A stretch of DNA of 64,000 nucleotides from Thermoleophilia bacterium UBA6103 (GTDB lineage Bacteria; Actinomycetota; Thermoleophilia; UBA2241): the NCBI GenBank assembly GCA_002423545.1, contig DIWP01000056.1, positions 69,110 to 133,109 on the forward strand, read 5' to 3'. The translations under genes and the position numbers were made by a program. How positions within the stretch are numbered: position 1 is the first letter of the stretch; every line of letters begins with the position of its first letter. The notes under the pieces were generated by a model, which worked only from the letters and a program-made list of their open reading frames with translations, had not been told where the DNA came from and did not search any database. Shown here piece after piece: positions 38,347-47,561 of the stretch.

Positions 38347-39603
38347 GTGATGGAGGGACCTGTGGAGGCCTGGTTCGACCGGATCATCGAGCGGCGCGGC
38401 AGCGCCAGCTTCAAGTGGGACACGTATCCGCCGGATGTACTGCCGGCCTTCGTCGCCGACATGGACTTCGTCTCGCCGCCGGCCGTCCTGGAGGCGCTGC
38501 ATCACCGCGTCGATCACGGCGTCTTCGGCTATGCGCGCGTCTCGGACTCTCTGACCGAGGCGGTCTGCGAGCACGCGCGCTGCGAACACGGGTGGCACAT
38601 CGATCCCGACTGGCTCGTCTTTCTGCCCGGCGTCTGGTCGGCCCTGGGACTCACCGTGCGAGCGTTCACGCGGCGCGGCGAAGGCGTGCTGATGGTGACC
38701 CCGATCTACCACCCCTTCCTGGAGATCGTCGCCGACCAGGGCCGGCGCCTCGACGCCGTGCCGGCGGTGCTGCGCAACGGCCGCTGGCGCCTGCCGCTGG
38801 ACGAGCTGGAGGCGGCGATCCGCCAGGATACGCGGGTACTCCTCTTCAGCAGCCCGCACAATCCCCTGGGCCGCGCCTTCGACCGTGACGAGATCGCCGC
38901 CGTGGTCGATCTCTGCCGGCGGCGCGACCTGGTCTTCTGCTCCGATGAGGTGCACTGCGATCTGATCCTCGATCCGGTGCCGCACGTTCCCAGCCTGACG
39001 ATCCCCGGCGCCGATGAGGTCACCCTGGCCTTCCTCTCGCCGAGCAAGACGTACAACCTTCCGGGCCTGCAGCTGGCATGGGGCGTGATCCCCGACGAGC
39101 GGCTGCGGCGGCGCTTCCGCGAAGCCGCCGGCGGTCTGGTCGAGCTGGACATGCCGGGCGTGCTCGGCATGGCCGCCGCCGAGGCCGCCTACCGGCAGGG
39201 CGGCGAGTGGCGGGCGGCGCTGCTCGAGTACCTGCGCGGCAACGCCGCCCTCATCGAACGCTTCGTCGCCGACGAGCTGCCCGGCGTGACCACCACGCAT
39301 GTGGAGGCGACCTATCTGGCCTGGCTCGACGCGCGCCGGGCGCCGGCCGTCGTCGCCGCGCAGGCCGCGTCCGCGACGCCCGCGGTCGTTCCCGAGGCGC
39401 CGTCCGGCGTGCCGGGCGACGCCGCAGCGCGCGTGCCGTCTCCGTACGAGCTCTGCCTGGCCGCCGGCGTGGCCGTCTCGGACGGCGCCGCGTTCGGCGG
39501 CCCCGGCTTCGTGCGTGTGAACCTCGGCTGTCCGCGCGCGACGCTCCAGGAGGTCCTGAGGCGCGTGCGCCGCGGGCTGACCGGCCTGGCGGGGTCGCCG
39601 TGA
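38347..39603 (+). CDS. PLP-dependent C-S lyase (MalY/PatB-type cystathionine beta-lyase family, aminotransferase class I/II fold)
   Basis: …KWDTYPPDVLPAFVADMDF…SPHNPLGRAF…SPSKTYNLPGLQ… are MalY/PatB hallmarks. 418 aa. Confidence 0.7.
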   Translation: MMEGPVEAWFDRIIERRGSASFKWDTYPPDVLPAFVADMDFVSPPAVLEALHHRVDHGVFGYARVSDSLTEAVCEHARCEHGWHIDPDWLVFLPGVWSALGLTVRAFTRRGEGVLMVTPIYHPFLEIVADQGRRLDAVPAVLRNGRWRLPLDELEAAIRQDTRVLLFSSPHNPLGRAFDRDEIAAVVDLCRRRDLVFCSDEVHCDLILDPVPHVPSLTIPGADEVTLAFLSPSKTYNLPGLQLAWGVIPDERLRRRFREAAGGLVELDMPGVLGMAAAEAAYRQGGEWRAALLEYLRGNAALIERFVADELPGVTTTHVEATYLAWLDARRAPAVVAAQAASATPAVVPEAPSGVPGDAAARVPSPYELCLAAGVAVSDGAAFGGPGFVRVNLGCPRATLQEVLRRVRRGLTGLAGSP

Positions 39604-41024
39604 GCGGCGGCTCGCGGCCGGCCGACCCGCTCGGTCTTCAGCCAGATGAGATGCGGGCGTTGGGCTACTGGGTCGTCGACCGGGTGGTCGGACATTTGGA
39701 GGGTATCGCCGAGAGCCCCGCGGTCGTGACGGGTACACCCGACGAGCTGCGCGCCGCGCTCGGCGGGCCGCCGCCCGAGGACCCCGGCGATCCGGCGGCG
39801 GCTCTCCGCACGCTGGCCGACGTGGCGCTGGCTCACATGCAGCACGGCGAGCATCCGCGCAACTTCGCCCGCGTGCCGGGGCCGTCTTCGTATGCTGGCG
39901 TCCTCGGCGAGTGGCTGGCCACCGGCTTCAATGCCATCGCCGCTTCGTGGACCGGCGGATCCGGTCCGGCGACCGTCGAGCTGGTGGTGATCGACTGGCT
40001 GCGTCAGCTGCTGGGGTTGCCCGACACAACCGAGGGCATCCTGGTCAGCGGGGGTTCGTTGGCCAGCGTCACCGCCCTGGTGGTGGCCCGCAACGAGGTC
40101 GGCGCCGGGACCGTCTACCTCTCCGACCAGACCCACTCCTCGATCGTCCGCGGCCTCTTCGCGCTGGGCTTCCCGGGCTCGGACGTCCGTGTCCTGACTT
40201 CGGACGGGCGTCAGCGGCTGTCCGTGGAGGCGCTGCGGGAGGCGCTGGATGCGGACCGGACGGCCGGCCGGCGGCCGGCCATCGTGATCGCCAACGCCGG
40301 CACCACGAACACCGGTGCCGTGGACCCCCTGCCCGAGCTGGCCGGGATCTGTGCCGCCGAAGGCCTTTGGCTCCATGTCGACGGCGCCTACGGTGCCCCG
40401 GCCGCTTTGTGCGACGCCGGCCGCCGCCTGCTGGCCGGCATCGAGCGGGCCGACTCTCTGGTGCTGGACCCGCACAAGTGGCTCTTCCAGCCCTACGATC
40501 TCGGCTGCTTGCTGGTCCGGCGGCACGGTGCCCTGGAACGTGCCTTTCGCACCACGCCGGACTACCTGGCCGACGTGACCGGGGTCGACGACGAGGTCGA
40601 CCTGCGCGACCGCGGGCTGGAGCTCAGCCGACGGGGTCGTGGCGTGAAGCTCTGGCTGACGTTCCGCACCTATGGAGTGGTGCGCATCCGGGCCGCCATC
40701 GCCCACGGTATCGGGCTGGCCGAGCGGGCGGAGCGTCTGGTGGCCGCCGACCCGGACTGGCGGGTCGTGACGCCGGCTCAGTTGGGGATCGTGACCTTCA
40801 CCCTGCGCCGCCCGGCCGCCGGCCGTGATGCCTACGACGAGCTGGCCGCCAGGGCGGCCGGCGTGGCGGCCGACGGTTCCGCGCATCTCACGACCACCCG
40901 GGTATCGGGGACGCCTGTGCTGCGACTCTGCACGATCAACCCGAGGACGACGCCGGACGACATCACGCAGACGCTCGCCGGCCTCGGTGTGGGGTCGTGC
41001 ATTCGGCGGGGCGCGGCGGGGTAG
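39600..41024 (+). CDS. PLP-dependent group II amino-acid decarboxylase
   Basis: The GTG start overlaps the upstream TGA (GTGA), indicating translational coupling. It carries …SGGSLASVTALVVARN…HVDGAYG…LVLDPHKWLFQPYD… with the PLP-lysine motif. Terminates with TAG. Confidence 0.7.
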   Translation: MSGGSRPADPLGLQPDEMRALGYWVVDRVVGHLEGIAESPAVVTGTPDELRAALGGPPPEDPGDPAAALRTLADVALAHMQHGEHPRNFARVPGPSSYAGVLGEWLATGFNAIAASWTGGSGPATVELVVIDWLRQLLGLPDTTEGILVSGGSLASVTALVVARNEVGAGTVYLSDQTHSSIVRGLFALGFPGSDVRVLTSDGRQRLSVEALREALDADRTAGRRPAIVIANAGTTNTGAVDPLPELAGICAAEGLWLHVDGAYGAPAALCDAGRRLLAGIERADSLVLDPHKWLFQPYDLGCLLVRRHGALERAFRTTPDYLADVTGVDDEVDLRDRGLELSRRGRGVKLWLTFRTYGVVRIRAAIAHGIGLAERAERLVAADPDWRVVTPAQLGIVTFTLRRPAAGRDAYDELAARAAGVAADGSAHLTTTRVSGTPVLRLCTINPRTTPDDITQTLAGLGVGSCIRRGAAG

Positions 41025-41075
41025 GGGAGAGCGGCACGCTCACGCGGATCCGGGTCTTGAGGCCCTTCTCGCTTT

Positions 41076-41140
41076 GGCAGCCCACTCCGGCAGCGGCGGG
41101 AACCGGTCGGGCCCGCGAGCATCCCGCACGCGGTCGTTCG
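41076..41140. repeat. ~65-bp imperfect direct repeat, copy A (copy B at 42192..42256 inside the 3' end of the tsaA-like gene)
   Basis: Shared core CCGGGCCCGCGAGCATCCCGCACGCGGTCGTT plus upstream similarity (GCAGCCCACTCCGGCAGCGGCGGGAACC / GCAGGCCCATTCCGCCATCAGTGGGAACC). The two copies bracket the VapBC cassette. Confidence 0.55.
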
Positions 41141-41169
41141 ATCGAGCTCCGCGAGCTCGTCCGGCGGTC

Positions 41170-41601
41170 TCAGCTCGCGACGAACGGATCGACGATCCGC
41201 ACGGGGCTCTCGAGCCTGAGCAGGTGCTTATCTTCGGTGTAGAGGACGTCGGCGCCGCAGGACTCGGCGGCCGTCAGGATCAGTGCGTCCCAGATGGGGG
41301 CACCGCACTCTTCGACTCGGCCCATGGCCGCGAGCACCATGTCGACGGACGGAGCCACGATGTGAGCGCTGCGGAGCTGCTGCGCGAGACCGCGAGCTGC
41401 GGCCGGTGACAACGGGACCTCAAGGCGCCGCGTCGTGGTCCAGAAGAACTCCTGGAAGACCTGGGTGCTCAGGGCGAGAGAGCCGGCGCCGAGATGATCG
41501 AGGACGAGCGCTCGGGCGATGTCCCGCTTGCGGGGGGCATCATGGTCGACCATGTAGACGAGCACGTTCGAATCGAGGAACGCTCGTGCGACAGCGCTCA
41601 T
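41170..41601 (-). CDS. vapC: type II toxin VapC (PIN domain ribonuclease)
   Basis: MSAVARAFLDSNVLVYMVD…ALILTAAESCGADVLYTEDKH… is a PIN-domain acidic-residue pattern. 143 aa. Confidence 0.75.
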   Translation of the reverse strand: MSAVARAFLDSNVLVYMVDHDAPRKRDIARALVLDHLGAGSLALSTQVFQEFFWTTTRRLEVPLSPAAARGLAQQLRSAHIVAPSVDMVLAAMGRVEECGAPIWDALILTAAESCGADVLYTEDKHLLRLESPVRIVDPFVAS

Positions 41602-41604
41602 CGC

Positions 41605-41874
41605 TCAGTCCCGGCAGGTGTCGTAGATCTCCTCGCGAGAGAACGTGATGCCACCGGAGTGTGCCGGCGCCTCATCGAAGAGCTGTTTGATGCGGGTCAC
41701 GGCCAGCTTCCGGCGTGCTTCTTCGTCGACGTAGTCCTGCAGACAGCGCTGCAGGTAGGCGTTGACGGAATCACCCTCCTGGAGCGCTCGGATCCGGGCG
41801 CGCCGCAGGATCTCGACGTCGACGGTGATGGTCAGGTTCGTCATACCGTTCCTGGCGGTAGGCTCGGCCTTCAT
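41605..41874 (-). CDS. vapB: type II antitoxin (ribbon-helix-helix, VapB-like)
   Basis: Small ORF immediately upstream of vapC, separated by 3 nt. NLTITVDVEILRRARIRALQEGDSVNAYLQRCLQDYV is an RHH/CopG-like motif. Start ambiguous (MKAEP or MTNLT). Confidence 0.55.
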   Translation of the reverse strand: MKAEPTARNGMTNLTITVDVEILRRARIRALQEGDSVNAYLQRCLQDYVDEEARRKLAVTRIKQLFDEAPAHSGGITFSREEIYDTCRD

Positions 41875-42145
41875 CACGTCCTCCCATGGCGGTCGATCAC
41901 GGGGTCGGGTCTGTGCCGCAGGCATCCGCGTCGCTGGACCGTGTTCAAGCGGGCGGTCAGCACGAATACAGTGTAGCACGAAACTCGTGTTCAAGGTCGC
42001 CGCGATGCCTGGCGGCGGATCCGCCTGACATGGTGCATCTGGGGCGCGATCAGCTGCTGCGGCTCGACGAATGCCCTTGCCCGGCCGCGCCTCGGGGTGG
42101 GTCAGGGGTCCGCCGAAGCGTCGAGGTGCCGCGCTTCGGGGTGGG

Positions 42146-42715
42146 TCAGGGATCCGCCGAAGCTCCCGATTCGCCGCGCCCCTCCTCCTCGCAGGCCCAT
42201 TCCGCCATCAGTGGGAACCAGCCGGGCCCGCGAGCATCCCGCACGCGGTCGTTGGAGGGGAGATAGGGCTTGAGGTCGAGGACCGGGGTACCGTCGGCGG
42301 CGTCGAGGTCGTCGACGTGCAGGATGCCGGTCGCCGCATCGACGGAGCGAAGGCGACAGACCGTGACCGCGATGGGGTTGGGACGGGCTGGCGAGCGGGT
42401 CGCGAAGACCCCCATCAGGTGCTCCGGCGCCGGGCGCGGGTGGACGCGCAGGGTGGCGCGGTCGGTGTCGTTGTCGTGACCCTGTGCCCACCACAGCACC
42501 AGGACGTGACTGAACTGCTCCAGGTGGAGCAGGGCGGCGCGGTAGGCCTCCGCGATGTGCAACTCGGCGGGGCCGCGGTCGGTGTCCGTAGCTGAGTTTG
42601 CGAAGTCGCCTGCGGTAGAGGAGGGTCGCCGCAGGACGCGGCCGACGGGCACGAGCCTCAGGGGCTCCGTGCCACGTGGCTGCGAGTCCGAGCTGTGGGC
42701 GTCGAGCGGCGTCAT
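42146..42715 (-). CDS. TsaA/TrmO-family protein (second paralog)
   Basis: …LRLVPVGRV…HLEQFSHVLVLWW…RSPARPNPIAVTVCRL…DGTPVLDLKPY… are TsaA-like conserved motifs. The last ~12 codons are encoded by repeat copy B. Confidence 0.6.
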   Translation of the reverse strand: MTPLDAHSSDSQPRGTEPLRLVPVGRVLRRPSSTAGDFANSATDTDRGPAELHIAEAYRAALLHLEQFSHVLVLWWAQGHDNDTDRATLRVHPRPAPEHLMGVFATRSPARPNPIAVTVCRLRSVDAATGILHVDDLDAADGTPVLDLKPYLPSNDRVRDARGPGWFPLMAEWACEEEGRGESGASADP

Positions 42716-42795
42716 GGTAGACGGGAGTCTACCGCGATGGGCCCGGACCGCGAGGCGGCAAGCCTGCCGCGATCCCGCGCGCCCCGGCCTTGGGT

Positions 42796-43257
42796 TCAGC
42801 GGGCGCCGGCCTCGCGCAGCGCGTCGTCGATGGCCGTCACGGCGCCGAAGTCACGCTCGCCTTCGACGGCGATGGCGAGCGGCCCCCACGTCCACAGATG
42901 GACGAGCGAGCGCTCGAAAGGTCGCCAGGCGACGACGTCGATGGCGTTGTCGCGGGTCGCGCGGCTGTCGAACTGCACGACGAAGACGGAGGCGCTCTCA
43001 TCGCCGTCCTCATGGCCGCTGCGCACGCTCAGGAAGAGGCCCTCGACGAAGCCGGGGACGTCTCGCCAGACGATCGGCGTCGCCTCGACCTGCAGGCCGA
43101 CATCCTCCAGCACCCGGACCACCGACGCCGGCGTCAGCGGCTCGCCGTCGGGTCCGGTGGCATCGAACGCGGAGCGCCCGCAGCCGCCGACCGGCAGCAG
43201 CGTCGCGACGAGCGTGACAAGGGCCAGCGAGGCGAGCAGAGCGATCCGGCGCGTCAC
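42796..43257 (-). CDS. lipoprotein (hypothetical)
   Basis: GTG start, signal peptide and lipobox (LLPVGGCG). 153 aa. Confidence 0.45.
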   Translation of the reverse strand: MTRRIALLASLALVTLVATLLPVGGCGRSAFDATGPDGEPLTPASVVRVLEDVGLQVEATPIVWRDVPGFVEGLFLSVRSGHEDGDESASVFVVQFDSRATRDNAIDVVAWRPFERSLVHLWTWGPLAIAVEGERDFGAVTAIDDALREAGAR

Positions 43258-43261
43258 GGCC

Positions 43262-44884
43262 TCATACCTCCGTCTCTCCGGTCGACGTCAGCGGCTCCGG
43301 CCGGCCGTCGCCTGCCCCGGCGAGCGCGCCGGCCGCACTGCTCGCGGCGGCTCCACTGTTCGCGCCGGCTTCACCGTTCGCGCCGGCCTCACCGTCGGCG
43401 TCCCCGGACCCGCGCCCGGCGGCCATCGCCGCTCGCTTGTCCTTCGTCAGCCGGGTCATGATGAACGGTGGCGCCAGAAGGATGAGGAAGCCGACGAGCA
43501 TGGTACCGATGTACTCCCAGGTGCCTCCGAAGTGGGTCTGGCTGGGTGGCAGCAGAGAGATGATGAGCGTGGCGCCGCAGGAGAGGGCGCCCAGGCCGCC
43601 GAGGATCCAGACGCCGACCTTGCCGCCGGGCGCCCGGAACGGTCGCGGCGTGTCGGGCTGGCTGTAGCGCAGCTTGATGAACGACGCGAAGACCATCACG
43701 TACATCAGGCAGATCAGCAGGGTCGTCATCGCCGAGAGCATCCAGTACACGGTGTCGACGCCGGGGACCAGCAGGTAGGCCGTGGCGATCACGGTGCCGA
43801 TGCCGGCCTGCATGAGCAGCACGCCGCTCGGCGCCTTGCGCTTGTTCACCCTGGCGAACACCGCCGGCATGAAGCCCTCGTCGACCGCCACCTTGAGGCC
43901 GCTCGACGGGCCGCCGAGCCATGTCTGCAGGCAGGCGATGCCGCCCAGCGCCACCATGAGCGCCGTGGGAATGACCATCCAGCCCATGCCGAAGTCGTCG
44001 AAGAAGAGGCTGAAGGCCTGCATGAGGCCGGCCGACAGGCTGAGCTGCTTCTCCGGCACCACCCAGGCGACCGCCAGCGTGCCGATGACGGCGAGGACGA
44101 AGATGACGGCGGCCGAGATGAACATGGCCGCCGGCAGGTCGCGCTGCGGCTTGCGGACGTTGGCGGCGTGGAAGCCGATCATCTCCATGCCGGCGAACAT
44201 CAGGATGGCATTGCCGGCCAGCGCGATGGTGCCGAAGCTGAACTCCGGCAGCAGGGCGTCGAAGGTGAGCGGCGGCGTCTCCATCGGCTCGCCGCCGGCG
44301 ATGTACACGATGCCCAGGGCGCTGATGATGAGCGCCGGGATGATGGTGCCGATCACCACGCCGAAGGTCCCCAGGGCGTTGCCGGCGCGCTCGCCGAAGA
44401 GGGCCACGACTGTGGTGCCCCAGAAGATGGTCATCATCGTCGCGAACATGAAGACGTTGTTCGCCGCCAGATCGGGGGAGATAGCGAAGGCCAGCGTGGA
44501 GCCGATGAACGCCAGCACGGCCGGATACCACACCACGATCGAGGCCCACTCGGCGTAGATGGCCACAAAGCCGGAACTGTCGCCGAACGCCTCGCGGACC
44601 CAGCCGTACAGGCCGCCGCCCTTCTGCCAGGTGGTGGCCAGCTCGACGCCGGCGAAGCCGATGGGGATGAGGAAGCAGACGCCGCCGAGCACGTACCAGC
44701 CGACCGACGACCAGCCGTAGACGGCCATGGCGGGCAGGTTGCGCAGGCCCAGCACGGCGGCGACGTTGATCATCGCCAGGACGAAGATGCCGGTCTTCCT
44801 GACATCAGCGCCCGCCACGTCCGCCTCCTTGCCGGATCGACGTCCCCTCTCGGCTGCGGTCTGACCGCGTGCCTGCGACGGCAT
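43262..44884 (-). CDS. APC-family amino acid/polyamine permease (glutamate:GABA-antiporter-like)
   Basis: 540 aa with 12 TM helices of the APC fold. The C-terminal tail has a GEAGAN repeat. Confidence 0.75.
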   Translation of the reverse strand: MPSQARGQTAAERGRRSGKEADVAGADVRKTGIFVLAMINVAAVLGLRNLPAMAVYGWSSVGWYVLGGVCFLIPIGFAGVELATTWQKGGGLYGWVREAFGDSSGFVAIYAEWASIVVWYPAVLAFIGSTLAFAISPDLAANNVFMFATMMTIFWGTTVVALFGERAGNALGTFGVVIGTIIPALIISALGIVYIAGGEPMETPPLTFDALLPEFSFGTIALAGNAILMFAGMEMIGFHAANVRKPQRDLPAAMFISAAVIFVLAVIGTLAVAWVVPEKQLSLSAGLMQAFSLFFDDFGMGWMVIPTALMVALGGIACLQTWLGGPSSGLKVAVDEGFMPAVFARVNKRKAPSGVLLMQAGIGTVIATAYLLVPGVDTVYWMLSAMTTLLICLMYVMVFASFIKLRYSQPDTPRPFRAPGGKVGVWILGGLGALSCGATLIISLLPPSQTHFGGTWEYIGTMLVGFLILLAPPFIMTRLTKDKRAAMAAGRGSGDADGEAGANGEAGANSGAAASSAAGALAGAGDGRPEPLTSTGETEV

Positions 44885-44935
44885 ACCGGTGAAGGGACCC
44901 GCCGTGGTGCCTATCGGCAGGCGGGTGCTCGAGCT

Positions 44936-46732
44936 TCACCTCCGGCGGCGGCGATTCTCGCGGAAGCGGCGCACCATGGCCAGCAGCAGCGAGCCGAGCA
45001 GGCCGATCGCCACCAGCGCGGCCAGCACGAGGATCACAGCCGCGACGGCCTGGATCCAGTCGGGCAGCGACTCCTGGGCCGAGACATACGCGAAGGCGAG
45101 CACGAACGCCGAGAGCAGCAGAGCGAAGGCCAGGCGGTTGGCGACCTCTTCGAGGCCGCGGATCAGCTCCTCGTAGTGCTCCGGCCGCACGGCGAGCCGG
45201 AACTCGCCCTCGCTGGCCCTTCGCAGGGCGCGAGTCAGCGCCACCGGCAGATCCTCCAGCAGCCGCCGATAGCGGCGCAGGGCACGCCCGATCTCCCTGG
45301 TCCACGACTGCGGCCCCAGTGTGCGCACCACGTAGCGCTCGGCGAACGGCCGGGCCGCTTCCAGCAGGTCGAACGACGGCTCGATCTGACGGGCGACGCC
45401 CTCCAGCACGCCCATCGTGGTCATCAGCACGACGATCTCGCCGGGCAGCGCCAGACGGTGCCGGCGGGTCAGCGAGAGCAGCTCCTGCAGGGTGCGCTGC
45501 AGGGCGTCGGGGCGGGTCTGACCCTCGCGATAGAGGCTGAGGATGCGGCGCATGTCGGTCTGCAGGACGGCGACATCGAGAGTCGGGTCGGCGGCGGCCA
45601 TGGCCAGCAGCGCCTCGGTGGCGTCGAGCGGATCGTCGTCGAGCACCGAGAGCAGGAACTCGAAGACGGCGTTGCGGTTGGAACGCGAGACGGCCGCCAC
45701 CCGGCCGAAGTCGACGAAGCCGACGCGGCCGTCGGGCATGGCGAACAGGTTCCCGGCGTGCGGGTCGGCGTGGTAGAAGCCCAGGTCGAGGATCTGACGG
45801 AAGTAGCAGTCGACGCCGACCTCGACCATGCGCCGGGTATCGACGCCGGTCTCGCGGTCGTTCTCCAGCCGCGAGCCTGGGACTCCCTCGACGTACTCCA
45901 TCGTGAGCACGCGCCGGGCCGTGAGGTCCCAGATCGGCTCCGGGAAGAAGACATCGTGGTCCTCCGCGAACGCCTCGCGGAAGCGGGCCAGGTTGCGCGC
46001 CTCGTGCAGGTAGTCCAGCTCGGCGCGCAGTACGCGCACGATGTCGTCGACGATGCCGGCCACGTTCTGGTCGCGGCCCCACGAGGTGCGCTCGACGATG
46101 AAGTGGGCCTGGGTGACGAGGATGTCGAGGTCGGTGTCCATGACCTCGATGACCCCCGGCCGCTGGACCTTGACGGCAACGGTGCGGCCATCGTGCAGGG
46201 TGGCCTTGTACACCTGGGCGATCGAGGCCGAGGCGATCGGCTCCGGGTCGAACGACCCGTACAGCTCGTCGACGGTGCCGCCCAGCTCCTGCTCCACGAC
46301 GCCGGCCATCTCCTCCCATGGGACGGTGGGTACGTGGTCCTGCAGCTTCGTGAGCTCGGCGGCCAGCGCCGGATCGATCAGGTCGCGGCGGGTGGAGAGG
46401 ATCTGGCCCAGCTTGACGAATGCCGGTCCCAGCCGCTCCAGCGCGTGCCGGATGCGGATCTGGCGCGGCAGATGCTTCTCGTCGACCGCTTCCTCGAGGT
46501 GGTCGGCGTCGGCGACGGCGAAGGTCGAGTCGGCGCCGCCCTCTTCGAAGCCGGGTCCCGCCACATCGTCGGGCGGGCAGACCAGGGCGTCGTCGGCCGT
46601 GATCGGTCCGGGGGCGTGCGACTCGATCTCGCTGCCCCGCGACAGGCTGAAGACGCGCTCCTCCCAGAGCACGTGGGCGATCTCGCGGTAGCGGTGCCAG
46701 CGGCGGCCGCGGCGTGTCTGTGCCTTGCTCAT
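44936..46732 (-). CDS. ABC1/UbiB-family atypical protein kinase
   Basis: …LGPAFVKLGQILSTRRDLI…AQVYKATLHDGRTVAVKVQRPG…HADPHAGNL… are ABC1 kinase motifs, followed by C-terminal TM helices. Confidence 0.75.
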   Translation of the reverse strand: MSKAQTRRGRRWHRYREIAHVLWEERVFSLSRGSEIESHAPGPITADDALVCPPDDVAGPGFEEGGADSTFAVADADHLEEAVDEKHLPRQIRIRHALERLGPAFVKLGQILSTRRDLIDPALAAELTKLQDHVPTVPWEEMAGVVEQELGGTVDELYGSFDPEPIASASIAQVYKATLHDGRTVAVKVQRPGVIEVMDTDLDILVTQAHFIVERTSWGRDQNVAGIVDDIVRVLRAELDYLHEARNLARFREAFAEDHDVFFPEPIWDLTARRVLTMEYVEGVPGSRLENDRETGVDTRRMVEVGVDCYFRQILDLGFYHADPHAGNLFAMPDGRVGFVDFGRVAAVSRSNRNAVFEFLLSVLDDDPLDATEALLAMAAADPTLDVAVLQTDMRRILSLYREGQTRPDALQRTLQELLSLTRRHRLALPGEIVVLMTTMGVLEGVARQIEPSFDLLEAARPFAERYVVRTLGPQSWTREIGRALRRYRRLLEDLPVALTRALRRASEGEFRLAVRPEHYEELIRGLEEVANRLAFALLLSAFVLAFAYVSAQESLPDWIQAVAAVILVLAALVAIGLLGSLLLAMVRRFRENRRRRR

Positions 46733-46804
46733 CGCGGTCCGGTCGGCATCGTCGCTGCCTCCTCGCGGTCGGTCGTGATCACGGCGACCCGTCGAGTCTG
46801 TTCG

Positions 46805-47380
46805 TCACAGTGTCCGCGTTCCCCTGTCCCGCGCGCCCGGTGGGAGCTTGTCGTCCGGGCTCCGGGTGGCGAACTGGAAGGCCAGGCCGGCGATGAACAG
46901 GGCCGCCCAGATGATGAGGAAGACCAGGTCTCCCCACGACAGCCTCGATTCGAGCGCGTTGACGATGCCGGCGGCGCCCGAGAGGGAGGTGATGACGATG
47001 ACCGCCGGCACGAAGAGCTTCCAGGCGGCTATGGCCCCCAGGATGCCGACGCCGACGAAGATGAGCCAGTAGGCCCAGTCGGGCAGCGAGATCCACACGT
47101 CCAGCAGCGCCACAGCGGTGCCCCCGAGGGCGATGAAGCCGGCGATCGCGGCGGCCGGCTTCTGCAGCAGGATGGCCAGGAAGGCGAGTACCACGCCGAG
47201 GCCGAGTCCGACGACCACGTGGATCCAGGTCGCGGCGCCGCCGGCGACCACCGAGCCCAGGATGAAGCCGAGGGCGAAGCCGGTGATGCCCACGTAGAGC
47301 CAGAACAGGCGCAGTCCGAAGAGCAGCACGATGGTGCTCATCACAAGAGCGAGGATGAACTGCAGCAGCGTCGACTCCAT
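46805..47380 (-). CDS. integral membrane protein (hypothetical, ~6 TM)
   Basis: 191 aa from MESTLLQFILALVM with RBS GACGGAGG. Highly hydrophobic. The longer ORF-track extension (to 47950) is low-complexity and is probably not translated. Confidence 0.45.
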   Translation of the reverse strand: MESTLLQFILALVMSTIVLLFGLRLFWLYVGITGFALGFILGSVVAGGAATWIHVVVGLGLGVVLAFLAILLQKPAAAIAGFIALGGTAVALLDVWISLPDWAYWLIFVGVGILGAIAAWKLFVPAVIVITSLSGAAGIVNALESRLSWGDLVFLIIWAALFIAGLAFQFATRSPDDKLPPGARDRGTRTL

Positions 47381-47561
47381 GTGCGCCTCCGTCTGTCTCG
47401 GCGTCGGTGCCGGCGACGGTCCCTGGGTGCGGACCGCGCGTCGGGCCTGTAGGCATGGTATCGGCAGCCGGCCGCCGGCGCGAGAGTCGGCGGGGGGGTC
47501 GCCACCGCTGTCTGCGGCCGCCGCGGCCCCCCTGCCGGGCGGGTGGCGGCCGCCGGCGCGG

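Noticed and set aside
42695-47452. 1,585-aa plus-strand ORF spanning several minus-strand genes
   Set aside because: It is antisense to four well-supported genes (lipoprotein, APC permease, UbiB kinase, membrane protein). Its translation is Arg/Gly/Ala/Asp-rich low complexity, typical of spurious open frames in >70 % GC DNA.
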